This document shows positions 29,471-39,401 of a stretch of 64,000 nt of DNA, piece after piece. The stretch is from Candidatus Acidulodesulfobacterium sp. (GTDB taxonomy: Bacteria > SZUA-79 > Acidulodesulfobacterales > Acidulodesulfobacteraceae). The notes beneath the pieces were generated by a model, which did not search any database, had not been told where the DNA came from, and worked only from the letters and a program-made list of their open reading frames with translations. The stretch spans positions 53,917 through 117,916 of the forward strand of contig JBMFVW010000001.1 of NCBI GenBank assembly GCA_049965795.1, written 5' to 3'. The first letter of the stretch is position 1, and every line of letters begins with the position of its first letter. The position numbers and the translations under genes are program-made.

Positions 29471-30003
29471 ATTTTTTCGACAAATTTTTTATCGCTTATA
29501 CTTGTAATATTTACGTTAATTATTTCATTTTTTTCCGCTTTTATTTTCCTGCCTATAAAATCGGGACAAACAGGCAATTCTCTTCCTTCTTTATCTATAA
29601 AAACCGCAAGTTTAATATTAGCCGGCCTTCCAAAATCGAATATTTCGTCTATAGAAGCTCTTACGGTTCTTCCGCTGCTAATTACGTCATCGACTAATAA
29701 AATTTCTTTATCGTTTATATCAAAATTAATATCCGTGGAATCGCCCGATTTTTTAACGGCAAACGGATCGTCCCGGTAAAGCGTCATATCTATATAGCCT
29801 ATTTTGCAGTCTATGCCGAACCTGTCTAAGACGGCTTTTTTTATCAAATCCGCCAAAACTATTCCGCCGTTTTTTATGCCGATTATTACGGTATTGCTAA
29901 AGTTTAAACCGGAATTTATTATTTTATTTATAAAATCATTAAGAATTAATCCTGTCTCTTTATCGTCAAAGATTATAACCGCGTTTTTGGACATTAAACT
30001 CAC
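29467..30003 (-). CDS. pyrR: PyrR bifunctional pyr-operon regulator / uracil phosphoribosyltransferase
   Basis: 178 aa. PRPP-binding 'ILLVDDVISSGRT'. Sits immediately upstream of pyrB. Confidence 0.9.
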   Translation of the reverse strand: MSLMSKNAVIIFDDKETGLILNDFINKIINSGLNFSNTVIIGIKNGGIVLADLIKKAVLDRFGIDCKIGYIDMTLYRDDPFAVKKSGDSTDINFDINDKEILLVDDVISSGRTVRASIDEIFDFGRPANIKLAVFIDKEGRELPVCPDFIGRKIKAEKNEIINVNITSISDKKFVEKI

Positions 30004-30653
30004 CCTAAATTTTTAATAGGACATTCCGGAACTGTTTTAAAAAAACGATGCCAGTAAATATCGAAATGATTTTTGGGATTCCATGAAAAATATATAATAA
30101 AAGCCTGTCCTATTATGTCTTTATACGGAACAAAACCCCAGTATCTCGAATCGAAACTGTTATCCCTGTTATCTCCCATAACAAAAAGTTCGTTTTTTGG
30201 GACAGTAACAGGTCCGTAATTATCTCTCGGCGAATTATATGCCGGCAAAATTTTATGAGATGTCCAATGTGCAAATTTACAATTATAAATATGATTGTTA
30301 ATATAAACTTTGTTATTTATTATCTGAATTTTATCGCCGGGCGTGCCTACTACTCTTTTAATGAAATCTATCCCCGGATGAAGGTTGTATTTTCTTGCAT
30401 ACGGAAATTTAAATACTATTACCTGTCCTGTTTTGGGATGAGAAACCGGAATTATATCATCGGTAAAAGGAATATGAATCCCGTATATAAACTTATTTAC
30501 CAAAATATGATCCCCCGGTATAAGGGTCGGTTCCATCGAACCGGAAGGTATTTTAAAGGCCTGAACGACAAAAGTTCTAAATAATAAAGCTATAATTATC
30601 GCTATTATTATAGCTTTAAAATAATCCCATAATGTATGTCCTTTATCGCTCAT
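30000..30653 (-). CDS. lepB: Signal peptidase I
   Basis: 'PSGSMEPTL' (catalytic Ser), 'KRVVGTPGD' (catalytic Lys box) and 'GDNRDNSFDSR'. Confidence 0.92.
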   Translation of the reverse strand: MSDKGHTLWDYFKAIIIAIIIALLFRTFVVQAFKIPSGSMEPTLIPGDHILVNKFIYGIHIPFTDDIIPVSHPKTGQVIVFKFPYARKYNLHPGIDFIKRVVGTPGDKIQIINNKVYINNHIYNCKFAHWTSHKILPAYNSPRDNYGPVTVPKNELFVMGDNRDNSFDSRYWGFVPYKDIIGQAFIIYFSWNPKNHFDIYWHRFFKTVPECPIKNLG

Positions 30654-30768
30654 AAAAAAATATTTTAATTTTATAAATTATACCAGTTTTTTTTAATAAT
30701 GTCTAATACCTTAATCTCGTATTTTTTCTTTCGATGACGGAAATCGATTCCGTCCCGTCGCAAATTGA

Positions 30769-32574
30769 TTAGACTTTCAATATCGACAGGAACGCCTCCT
30801 GGGGAATTTCGACGGAACCGATATTTTTCATTTTCTTCTTGCCCTCTTTCTGTTTCTCTAAAAGTTTTCTCTTTCTGGTAATGTCGCCTCCGTAACATTT
30901 GGCGAGAACATTTTTACGCAAGGCCTTTATCTCTTCCCTTGCGATTATCTTAGAGCCTATTTGCGCTTGAAGAACAACTTCAAACATCTGCCTCGGTATT
31001 AAAGTCCTCAGTTTTTCTACTATATTTCTGCCTCTTGTATATGCTTTTTCTCTGTGCACTATAACCGATAACGCGTCTATCGGGTCTTTATTTACCAATA
31101 TTTCTAGTTTTATCATATCTGCAGGTCTGTATCCGCTGAACTCGTAATCGAAAGAAGCATACCCTTTAGAAAGCGATTTAAGCTGGTCGTAAAAATCGAG
31201 AACTATTTCGGACAGAGGCAATTCATAAACTAACTGCACTCTGGTTTTCGTAATATATTTTAATTCTATCTGTCTTCCTCTTTTTTCTACGCAAAGGTTT
31301 ATTATTTTTCCGAGATATTCGGAAGGAACATAAATATTTGCCTTAATAAAAGGTTCCTCTATATGCTCTACCTCCTGCATTGAAATTTCCTCGGAAGGCG
31401 GAAATTTCATAGGATTAAGGGCGGTTTTAGTTTCTCCTTTTATCGTTATGATATTATAAAGAACTGTAGGAGACGTAGATATGAGGTTTAAACCGTATTC
31501 GCGCTCAAGTCTTTCTACTATGATTTCCATATGCAAAAGCCCGAGAAATCCGCATCTGAAACCGAAACCTAACGCAAGCGAATTTTCCGGCTCGAATGAA
31601 AAAGACGGATCGTTTAATTTTAATTTTTCTATAGAATCTTTTAGCTCGGGATAATCGTCGGAATCTATAGGATAGATACCTGCAAAGACCATAGGTTTCG
31701 GTTCTTTAAAGTCGGGCAGGGGTTCTTTGGTAGGTTTATTTTTATGTGTAATAGTATCGCCGATTTTAAACCTTCCCGAATCTTTTATATTGGCTATTAT
31801 AAATCCTACTTCTCCGGCGCTTAAAGCGTTAAGCTCTTTCATGAATGGGCTGTAAACGCCTACTTTTTGGACTTCATAAGAAATTCCGGAATGCATAAGC
31901 AGTATATTGTCGCCAGGAACTACGGTTCCGTCGAATACCCTAATAAGCGCTATAACGCCCTGATATGAATCAAACCATGAGTCGAAAATGAGAGCTTTTA
32001 GCGGTGCATTAGGATCTCCGCTCGGATGAGGAATTTTATCTATAACCGATTCCAATATCTCTTTAATTCCTATGCCTTCCTTAGCGCTTGCCAAAATTGC
32101 ATCGCCTGCTTCCAAGCCGACTACTTCTTCAATTTCTTTTTTAGTTTTTTCAGGGTCGGCACTTGGCAGGTCTATTTTATTTATTACAGGAACTACCGTT
32201 AAATTCATATCCGAAGCAATGTAAACATTTGCTAAAGTCTGGGCTTCTACCCCCTGCGTTGCATCCACCACCAAAAGGGCACCTTCGCAGGCAGCTAAAG
32301 ACTTAGATACCTCATACGAAAAATCAACGTGACCTGGCGTGTCTATCAAGTTAAGGGCATACTCTATTCCGCCGTAATTATACTTTAGTCTTACTGTTTG
32401 AGCCTTAATAGTAATACCTCTTTCGCGCTCAAGGTCCATGTTGTCTAAAAACTGCGAAACTTTTTCTCTTTCGGTAATTGCGCCGGTAAAATCTAAAAAT
32501 CTGTCTGCAAGCGTGGACTTTCCATGGTCGATATGGGCTATGATTGAAAAATTTCTAATATTTTTAATGTCCAT
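30769..32574 (-). CDS. lepA: Elongation factor 4 (LepA)
   Basis: '[18 protein letters not shown]' G1 motif, 'DTPGHVDF', 'NKID'. LepA-specific C-terminal domain. Confidence 0.97.
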   Translation of the reverse strand: MDIKNIRNFSIIAHIDHGKSTLADRFLDFTGAITEREKVSQFLDNMDLERERGITIKAQTVRLKYNYGGIEYALNLIDTPGHVDFSYEVSKSLAACEGALLVVDATQGVEAQTLANVYIASDMNLTVVPVINKIDLPSADPEKTKKEIEEVVGLEAGDAILASAKEGIGIKEILESVIDKIPHPSGDPNAPLKALIFDSWFDSYQGVIALIRVFDGTVVPGDNILLMHSGISYEVQKVGVYSPFMKELNALSAGEVGFIIANIKDSGRFKIGDTITHKNKPTKEPLPDFKEPKPMVFAGIYPIDSDDYPELKDSIEKLKLNDPSFSFEPENSLALGFGFRCGFLGLLHMEIIVERLEREYGLNLISTSPTVLYNIITIKGETKTALNPMKFPPSEEISMQEVEHIEEPFIKANIYVPSEYLGKIINLCVEKRGRQIELKYITKTRVQLVYELPLSEIVLDFYDQLKSLSKGYASFDYEFSGYRPADMIKLEILVNKDPIDALSVIVHREKAYTRGRNIVEKLRTLIPRQMFEVVLQAQIGSKIIAREEIKALRKNVLAKCYGGDITRKRKLLEKQKEGKKKMKNIGSVEIPQEAFLSILKV

Positions 32575-32608
32575 ATATTATTTAAAAGATTAAATTTGAA
32601 AATAATTT

Positions 32609-32954
32609 CGGCCGTAAGCAAAATCGTAAGCCGGGTTCTGTATATGCCGGTCATTTCTCTGTGCGAACAACCCGAAGACCTTACAAGGCGAGCAGCCTTG
32701 ATCTTCCTATTTGTTCTTGCTCCTAACGGGGCTTGCCATAGACATTATTTGCATAATGCCTAAGTGAGCTCTTACCTCACTATTTCACCCTTACCTCTTT
32801 ACCGTTTCGGCAATTAAGAGGCGGTATATTTTCTGTTGCGCTTTCCTTAAAGTCGCCTTCACCGGTTTAAAACGGCGTTATGCTCTTTGGAGCCCGGACT
32901 TTCCTCAAAAAACAAAGAGTTTTTTGCGACCGACCGCTTTTGCTTACGACCGAC
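32609..32954 (-). ncRNA. rnpB: RNase P RNA (bacterial type A)
   Basis: The minus strand contains 'GAGGAAAGTCCGGGCTCC', 'GGTAAGGGTGAAATAGTGAGGTAAGAGCTCAC' and 'ACAGAACCCGGCTTACG'. The P1 helix pairs 5' CGTAAGCAAAA with 3' TTTTGCTTACG. End coordinates are +/- a few nt. Confidence 0.9.
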
Positions 32955-32962
32955 AAATCATT

Positions 32963-33415
32963 TTAACAGCTTGATGTTTGTTCGTCAATATCTAACTTTT
33001 CTATATTATAATCTATAGCCGAATTTGCCAGCTTATCGGCTTTAAAATTAAGCGTTCTGGGGATATGTTTAAATGAGTAAGCGGCATTTAAATTTGCGAT
33101 TATTTTTTTTGCTTTTTCGTAAAGAGGTATGATATTTGGACTTTTTACCGAATAAACTCCGTTTAATTGATTTACCAAAAGCTGTGAATCGGATAAAAAA
33201 TTGATATTGAATTTTCCGGAAGTATTTGTAAGTTCGGCAAGGTACTCCAAAGCTATAACAAGCGCTCTGTATTCTGCCTCGTTATTCGTTAAAATACCGA
33301 GATACTGTTTTAACGAAATGGTTTTTTTATTATCTTCGTCTAAAATAAAAATTCCCGCTCCGGATTTTCCCGGATTTCCCCGTGATGCTCCGTCGGTGTA
33401 AACCGTTAAATTCAT
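32963..33415 (-). CDS. rnhA: Ribonuclease HI family protein
   Basis: 'VYTDGASRGNPGKSGAGI' (first catalytic Asp), 'TNNEAEYRALI'-type Glu motif, and C-terminal 'N..AD.LA'. Confidence 0.85.
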   Translation of the reverse strand: MNLTVYTDGASRGNPGKSGAGIFILDEDNKKTISLKQYLGILTNNEAEYRALVIALEYLAELTNTSGKFNINFLSDSQLLVNQLNGVYSVKSPNIIPLYEKAKKIIANLNAAYSFKHIPRTLNFKADKLANSAIDYNIEKLDIDEQTSSC

Positions 33416-34191
33416 ACTCTTGTTTTACCGGCTTTTTTAGATGTTTTCTGGGAAGAAGATACTTCCGCAGCAGTTTCCTGCGAAACGTTTTCAATGTAAA
33501 GAATTCTTGAGCATATCGGACACTGCATAAATACATTTTCGGATATAAGCTCGTTAAACTGCTGCGGGGGCAGCATCCTGTAACATCCCGTACAGGCTCC
33601 GGACTGCAGTACGGGAGCAATAGCCGGAAATCCTTTTCTTATTTTTATAGTTTCGTATATGTCTAAGTAATTTTTTTTGATTTTGCTTTTTGCGGTTTCT
33701 CTTCTGCTCAAAAAATCTTCTTTCGATAACTCGAATTCTTTCTCTTTATTTTTTAATTCGGCATCTTTTGAAGACAAACTAATCTTTAGATCATCAGACT
33801 CTTTTTGAATTAAATTAATCTTATCGTTCAAAGCCGTATGACTTTCCGTCAGCATAATTAATTCGCCTTCGGCTTTCTTTTTTAAAGCTTCGGTGTCTTT
33901 TATAGATTTTTGAAGGGCATTATACTCTTTATTAGTTTTAATAAGTTTTTGGGTATCTTTCATTTTATTCAGCTTGTCGTCGAAAGTTTGAATTTCTACC
34001 TCGGTTCCTGATATTTTTTTATTTAATTCAGCCAATTCTTCGTTTAATTTCTCATTCTCAGATTTTTTTAAATTAATCCCGTTCTGCAGTTCCTCAATTT
34101 CATTATTAATTTTCTTAAGCGATTCCTCAAACTTTAACAGTTCCAAATCAATATTCTGGATATCCACTATAAAAGAAATCTGTTCGTTCAA
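33412..34191 (-). CDS. COG1579/DUF164-type coiled-coil protein with C-terminal C4 zinc ribbon
   Basis: Long coiled coil, then 'CTGCYRMLPPQ....CPICSRILY'. Shows the classic synteny with NIF3 and rnpB. Confidence 0.8.
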   Translation of the reverse strand: MNEQISFIVDIQNIDLELLKFEESLKKINNEIEELQNGINLKKSENEKLNEELAELNKKISGTEVEIQTFDDKLNKMKDTQKLIKTNKEYNALQKSIKDTEALKKKAEGELIMLTESHTALNDKINLIQKESDDLKISLSSKDAELKNKEKEFELSKEDFLSRRETAKSKIKKNYLDIYETIKIRKGFPAIAPVLQSGACTGCYRMLPPQQFNELISENVFMQCPICSRILYIENVSQETAAEVSSSQKTSKKAGKTRV

Positions 34192-34215
34192 AGTTATCCT
34201 CCTTATGTTTATATA

Positions 34216-35328
34216 TTATTTAAATTTATTAACAGGGCTGTTTTCTCCGCTATTTTCAAAAACCGGAATATTAGAATTAAACTCTTTTACTATTATATCT
34301 TTAGTTATTTCGGTAAAATATTTTTCGGTATCGAAATGGGACATTTCAATAAGGGATATACCGCTCATATTTGCCTTTATTGCAGTACTGTGTTTTAATT
34401 CTGAAGATATAAAAAGATCGCATCCTGTTTTTATAGCATTTTCTATAAAAGAAAATCCGCTACCGGATACTACGGCGATTTTTTTTATTTTTTTATTTAG
34501 TTTACCGCAGTAATTTATAAAAACAGGGGAAAAAATATCGCTAATATTCTCCAAAATTTCACCAAGAGTAACGGTACTTTCTAAATTACCAGCCGCACCT
34601 ATTCCTGTTTCTTGTCCTCCGAAATCGTATAACGGAAAAATATCGAAAGCGGCTTCTTCATAAGGATGGACTTTCTTCATTTCTTCTACCGCCTGCTTTA
34701 TAAATCTTTCTTCTATCAATATTTCTACTTTAGATTCATCGACGAAAGAAGTTTTTCCCGATTCTCCTATAAAAGGGTCTGAGCCCGATAAAGGTTTAAA
34801 AGAGCCTTTACCTTTAGTCTCGAAAGAGCAATTTTCATAGTTTCCTATTTTTGGATTTCCGTATTTAAAAAGAGTCTCCCTGACCGCTCTTACATAGCCT
34901 TTTGGTATAAAAACAGATAATTTATAGAGATTTCTTTTACTTAATACCAAAGGCATAATTTCCTTTGCCGACAGTTTATTCAGAATATAGCGGCTCATAG
35001 AATATACCGAGGAATCGAAATTTGTATGCATAGCATAAACGCAGATTTTATTATTTATTAGAACTTCGGAAAATCTGCCGGACGGCGAGTTTAAGTCTAT
35101 AAAGCGCAACGGATGAAAAAAGAGCGGATGATGAATCAATATAAGGTTGGAATTGGTTTTAAGCGATAAATCTAAGGACTTTTTAGAGAGGTCTAACGAT
35201 GTTACTATGCCTGTTACCGGCGAATTTGATAATTTTACCTGATAACCCGAATTATCCCAATCTTCTTGCAAGTCGGGCGGTATCAGGTTTTCTAATTTAT
35301 CTGCTACATCTTTTATAAATAATGACAT
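34216..35328 (-). CDS. NIF3-family dinuclear metal-centre protein (YqfO/YbgI, GTP cyclohydrolase 1 type 2 homologue)
   Basis: 'EDWDNSGYQV', 'ILIHHPLFF' and a C-terminal 'SHFDTE'-type motif. The start is moved to Met32 (35328) because the first 31 codons of the tracked ORF read through a tRNA gene. Confidence 0.88.
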   Translation of the reverse strand: MSLFIKDVADKLENLIPPDLQEDWDNSGYQVKLSNSPVTGIVTSLDLSKKSLDLSLKTNSNLILIHHPLFFHPLRFIDLNSPSGRFSEVLINNKICVYAMHTNFDSSVYSMSRYILNKLSAKEIMPLVLSKRNLYKLSVFIPKGYVRAVRETLFKYGNPKIGNYENCSFETKGKGSFKPLSGSDPFIGESGKTSFVDESKVEILIEERFIKQAVEEMKKVHPYEEAAFDIFPLYDFGGQETGIGAAGNLESTVTLGEILENISDIFSPVFINYCGKLNKKIKKIAVVSGSGFSFIENAIKTGCDLFISSELKHSTAIKANMSGISLIEMSHFDTEKYFTEITKDIIVKEFNSNIPVFENSGENSPVNKFK

Positions 35329-35336
35329 TTTTAAAA

Positions 35337-35412
35337 TGGTGGGCCCACCCGGGTTCGAACCAGGGACCAACCGGTTATGAGCCGGCCGCTCTACCAGCTG
35401 AGCTATAGGCCC
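35337..35412 (-). tRNA. tRNA with CAT anticodon (elongator Met or lysidine-modified Ile2), CCA encoded
   Basis: Reverse complement is GGGCCTATAGCTCAGCTGGTAGAGCGGCCGGCTCATAACCGGTTGGTCCCTGGTTCGAACCCGGGTGGGCCCACCA. It folds as a full cloverleaf. The anticodon stem lacks the three G-C pairs of an initiator tRNA. Confidence 0.9.
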
Positions 35413-35420
35413 TAAATCCA

Positions 35421-37349
35421 CTACTTCACAAATGTTTTAAGCCTTTTGGAACGGCTCGGATGCCTGAGCTTCCTAAGTGCTTTTGCTTCTATCTGTCTTA
35501 TTCTTTCTCTTGTAACTCCAAACTCTTGCCCGACTTCTTCTAATGTATGGTCGGATTTAATTCCTATTCCAAACCTCATGCGCAAAACTTTTTCTTCCCT
35601 TTCCGTAAGAGAAGAAAGAACTTTTCCCGTCTGCTCTTCAAGGTCTGAATTTATTGCCGCTTCCAAAGGCAAAACGGTCGTTTTATCTTCAATGAAATCG
35701 CCGAGGTGCGTATCTTCTTCTTCGCCTATCGGAGTCTCAAGGGAAATAGGCTCTTTTGCTATCTTTAAAACCTTTCTTACTTTGTCTATAGGCAGATCCA
35801 TTCTTTCGGCAATTTCTTCAGGAACAGGCTCTCTTCCTATTTCCTGAACTAAAGCTCTCGAAGTCCTGATCAGTTTGTTTATGGTTTCTATCATATGGAC
35901 TGGTATCCTTATAGTCCTTGCCTGATCGGCAATCGCTCTGGTAATAGCCTGTCTTATCCACCACGTAGCATATGTAGAAAACTTATATCCTCTTTGATAC
36001 TGAAATTTTTCGACGGCTTTCATAAGACCAATATTGCCTTCCTGAATCAGGTCTAAAAATTGAAGTCCTCTATTGGAATATTTTTTTGCTATAGAAACCA
36101 CGAGTCTCAAATTAGCTTCTACCAGTTCGGTCTTTGCCGCTTTGGACTTCTCTTCGCCTATTTTTATAGCTTCGACTATTTTTTTAAGTTCGACTTTGGA
36201 TACCCCTACTTCTTTCTCGGAAGCCGCAATCTTTGTCTTATATTCGTTTATGAGCTTATTAATGCTTTCGTGGCGTTTATGCTCCTGCGATTTAGACTGT
36301 CCACCGATTTCGTTTTTCTTATTATAAGCGGATTCAAGCTCTTTAATGCTTTCTTCGAATTCCGATATTTTTATATTATGATTTTTAAGCCTCATTATAA
36401 CTTTATCGGATATTTTCTTTTTAAGCCTTAAATCTTTAATGTAGCCGAGTATTTTTTTCTTTGATTCAGCCGTTAAATTTTTATGCCCTACCCACGAAAT
36501 TGATTTTGAAGAGCTATCCGAATCTATATCCGCTATATTATCTTCATCCGAGTCTATTTCGTCCGAACTTTCTTCCCTAAAAGCAATTTTATTTTTCTTT
36601 GATTTTTTTGAGGTATTTTCGGTTTTAGATTTATCTTCCTTATATTTTACCTCTTTTTTTATTTTTTCAATTATGGATAAAAATCTGGCTTCCGCTTTTT
36701 CTATATCCTTCTCGCTTGGAAAATCAACGTCGTCGAAATCGGAAACTATGCCGGTAATATTTAAATCGCCGTTTTTTAATTTATCTCCTATCGATATAAC
36801 CCAGCGGATTAAAATATCTGAATTTAAAACGGACGAAAAAATTTCTTCTTCCCCTTCCTCAATGCTTTTTGCAATTTCTATTTCTCTTTCACGCGTAAGC
36901 AAAGCGACCGACCCCATTTCTTTTAAATACATCCTTACGGGGTCGTTAGTTTTAAGGGATAAATCTTCTTCTTCTTCTAATTCTTCGCTAAAAATTTCGT
37001 CATCGGCAAACTTAGAAGAAGACTTGGCGAAAATAGAAGAGGCGTCTCTGCCGATCTCTATATCTTTTTCCCCGAGCATGCTTATTAAATCGTCTATCTG
37101 ATCGGAAGAAACTATATCCTGAGGTAAAATATCGTTAAATTCGTCGTAGCTTAATCTGCCGCCGGAACGTTCTTTAGCTTTCTCTATGCTTTTATTTAAA
37201 ATTAACGTTTCTATTTCTTTTTCCTTTTTCTGTTTTTTTAAAGTATCCGACGGTTTTTGTTCTTTAACGGCATTATTTTTATCGGCTTTATTTTTTGCCT
37301 CTGCCTTATTTTTATTATTTTTTTTATTTTCTATGTTTTTTTTAGTCAT
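35421..37349 (-). CDS. rpoD: Primary sigma factor RpoD (sigma-70)
   Basis: Regions 1.2 to 4.2 are recognisable: '[17 protein letters not shown]', '[13 protein letters not shown]', '[30 protein letters not shown]'. Long Lys/Glu-rich N-terminal and non-conserved regions. Confidence 0.97.
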   Translation of the reverse strand: MTKKNIENKKNNKNKAEAKNKADKNNAVKEQKPSDTLKKQKKEKEIETLILNKSIEKAKERSGGRLSYDEFNDILPQDIVSSDQIDDLISMLGEKDIEIGRDASSIFAKSSSKFADDEIFSEELEEEEDLSLKTNDPVRMYLKEMGSVALLTREREIEIAKSIEEGEEEIFSSVLNSDILIRWVISIGDKLKNGDLNITGIVSDFDDVDFPSEKDIEKAEARFLSIIEKIKKEVKYKEDKSKTENTSKKSKKNKIAFREESSDEIDSDEDNIADIDSDSSSKSISWVGHKNLTAESKKKILGYIKDLRLKKKISDKVIMRLKNHNIKISEFEESIKELESAYNKKNEIGGQSKSQEHKRHESINKLINEYKTKIAASEKEVGVSKVELKKIVEAIKIGEEKSKAAKTELVEANLRLVVSIAKKYSNRGLQFLDLIQEGNIGLMKAVEKFQYQRGYKFSTYATWWIRQAITRAIADQARTIRIPVHMIETINKLIRTSRALVQEIGREPVPEEIAERMDLPIDKVRKVLKIAKEPISLETPIGEEEDTHLGDFIEDKTTVLPLEAAINSDLEEQTGKVLSSLTEREEKVLRMRFGIGIKSDHTLEEVGQEFGVTRERIRQIEAKALRKLRHPSRSKRLKTFVK

Positions 37350-37355
37350 AATAAA

Positions 37356-39218
37356 TCAGTACCCGCAAATCTTTTTTTGGAACTCTTTAGAGATATATTT
37401 AAGCCTGTTTAATTCCTGAAACTTAATTATTTTACCTTTTTCGTCTAAATTGCCGCTTTTAATTTCTCCCAATATATCTCTGCATATTTTATCTATATTA
37501 TTAACTTTCAGCTTCATAAGAAGTTTCTTAAAATCTTCTCTATTGCCGCTCGTTTCCGACATCAGACAGGAATAATAAATCCTTTTCCATTTTTCTGTAT
37601 TATCGGTTTTCAAAATTATTTCTTCTACCGAGCCTTTAATTATTTCCTGGCTTGCACCGTTTTTAACGGCATTTTGAATTTCTGTGATAATATATACGGC
37701 ATCTTTATCGGAAAATTCAGATATTATATCATCGCTTATATACTCTGTCAATACCAAATTGCAAAATATTTTGCTTACGATAATATCTTCAATGCCCAGC
37801 TCCTCTTTTTTAATTGAAATTTCTTCTGCGGCATCGGAGCTATAATCAGTATTTCCGGTTCCAGTCCCGCTTTTATTCGATTCAATATACTGTCTTATTA
37901 CGTTTTCGTTTAAACCGAGTTTATTAGCAAGTATATTTACGTAATGAGAAAATATAATATTATTTCCGATTTTTTTAAAGTAAGGTACAACGTCTTTTAT
38001 AACAGATATCTTGCTTTTTAATATACTTTCCGCTTTATTATTAATTATACCGCTTTTTTTGTTTTTTTCAACATAATAGTCTATTGCAAATTCTACCGGC
38101 GGTTTTTTGCTTTCATTAATTAATTTGATAAGGTTTTCGCTTCCAAATTTTCGCACGAATGTATCGGGGTCTTCTCCGCCGCTAAGACAGGCGGCGTAAA
38201 TATTCTTATCGGAGCTGTCCATGAACTCCCTGAACAGTTCCATTCCTCTATTTATTGCATTGATTCCGGCTTTATCCCCGTCATAAAGCAAAACAATTTC
38301 ATCGCATAATCTCGATAAATTCGAAATATGGTTTTTTGAAAGAGCGGTGCCCATCGTAGCTACGATATTTTTAATACCGTTTGCATAAAGCGTTATCATA
38401 TCGAAATAACCTTCTACGACTATAGCGGCATTTTCTTTCTTGATAAAAGCAACAGCCTTGTCTAAGCCGTAAAGAGTATTATTTTTTACGAAGATTTCGG
38501 AATTATTGGTATTAATATATTTAGGAAAGTTTGGGGATAACTGCTCTCCTTTCCGCGCAATAATTCGTGAAGCCAAAGCTACGGGCTCGCCGGTTCTGTC
38601 CATTATAGGAATAATCAGTTTATTAACGAATCTGTCGGCATAAACCTTATTGTAATCGTCTTTTTTAACCAAAAGACCCATATCCGCGGCAATATCAAGA
38701 TCTGCTTTAACGCTTTTAAGCAGTGCGGTTAAGCCGTTTCCAAAACCTGCATATCCTAATTTAAAATCTTTTGCGACATTAGCGTTTATACCTCTTTCGG
38801 AAAGATAATTCATTATATGCCGGCTGTTAGAAACATAGACGAAAAGATTTTCGTAATAAAAATTAACCGCAAGATTTATTATTTTTTTAACGGGATTTTC
38901 CGCTTGGGACAGGCTGTCGGTTTTGCGAAATTTTAGATATTCTACAGGAATATTATATTTATTTTTAAGATAATCGACGACGTCCGCAAATGAATCTCCC
39001 CTAATTTCTTTAAGAAAAGTTATAACATTGCCTCCCTTGCCGCACCCGAAACAGTAGTATAATCCTTTTGTCTCGTTAACGCTGAAAGAAGGAGTCTTTT
39101 CGGAGTGAAAAGGGCATAAACCGGTATAATTTCTTCCTGTTTTTTTTAATTTAACAAAACCTGATATTTCTTCTACGATATTAACGTAAGACAATACGGT
39201 TTCTATATTTTTATCCAT
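37356..39218 (-). CDS. dnaG: DNA primase
   Basis: Zinc ribbon 'CPFHSEKTPSFSV...YYCFGCGKGG' and TOPRIM 'VVEGYFDMI'. Located in the dnaG-rpoD operon. Confidence 0.95.
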   Translation of the reverse strand: MDKNIETVLSYVNIVEEISGFVKLKKTGRNYTGLCPFHSEKTPSFSVNETKGLYYCFGCGKGGNVITFLKEIRGDSFADVVDYLKNKYNIPVEYLKFRKTDSLSQAENPVKKIINLAVNFYYENLFVYVSNSRHIMNYLSERGINANVAKDFKLGYAGFGNGLTALLKSVKADLDIAADMGLLVKKDDYNKVYADRFVNKLIIPIMDRTGEPVALASRIIARKGEQLSPNFPKYINTNNSEIFVKNNTLYGLDKAVAFIKKENAAIVVEGYFDMITLYANGIKNIVATMGTALSKNHISNLSRLCDEIVLLYDGDKAGINAINRGMELFREFMDSSDKNIYAACLSGGEDPDTFVRKFGSENLIKLINESKKPPVEFAIDYYVEKNKKSGIINNKAESILKSKISVIKDVVPYFKKIGNNIIFSHYVNILANKLGLNENVIRQYIESNKSGTGTGNTDYSSDAAEEISIKKEELGIEDIIVSKIFCNLVLTEYISDDIISEFSDKDAVYIITEIQNAVKNGASQEIIKGSVEEIILKTDNTEKWKRIYYSCLMSETSGNREDFKKLLMKLKVNNIDKICRDILGEIKSGNLDEKGKIIKFQELNRLKYISKEFQKKICGY

Positions 39219-39260
39219 AACTTCTTAATTATACAATATATAAACCTAAAAAATATTAGG

Positions 39261-39389
39261 AAAAGGTGTCATATTAATTTTTTGCAGGAACTTTATGTAT
39301 TAATAATATCTGACACATTTTCCTTCCGAATTTTCCTTCATTATCGCTTTATTTTATCGAACTTTAAAGTTTCTATCGGCAATTTTGGA
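39261..39389. repeat. Dispersed intergenic repeat, composite copy A (GGTGTC module + ~70-bp module ending TCTATCGGCAATTTTGG)
   Basis: 39308..39389 is ~90% identical by eye to 50529..50597. 39261..39325 resembles 44947..44999. Inverted segments AAAAGGTGTCA (39261) and TGACACATTTT (39311). Confidence 0.75.
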
Positions 39390-39401
39390 GCGAATCAAAA
39401 T

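Noticed and set aside
30004-30100. PyrR-binding attenuator upstream of pyrR/pyrB
   Set aside because: pyrR overlaps the end of lepB by 4 nt, so there is no leader. I could not find the PyrR binding-loop consensus by eye anywhere in 28500..30700.
30671-30898. 75-aa ORF overlapping the 3' end of lepA
   Set aside because: It lies out of frame inside the well-supported lepA CDS and the lepA-lepB spacer, and its Arg/Lys-rich composition is as expected from the alternative frame.
35329-35421. First 31 codons of the tracked NIF3 ORF (MDLGPIAQLVERPAHNRLVPGSNPGG...)
   Set aside because: This peptide is a read-through of the tRNA(CAT) gene on the same strand. 'AQLVER..GSNPG' is the classic signature of a translated tRNA. 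The real start is Met32 at 35328.
36673-37101. Long plus-strand ORFs antisense to rpoD, carB, pyrC, murA and others (e.g. 36673..37101, 27887..28327, 48186..48608, 35446..35847)
   Set aside because: They are Ser/Leu/Ile/Phe-rich mirror frames of strongly supported minus-strand genes, with no motifs, starts or spacing suggesting real genes.
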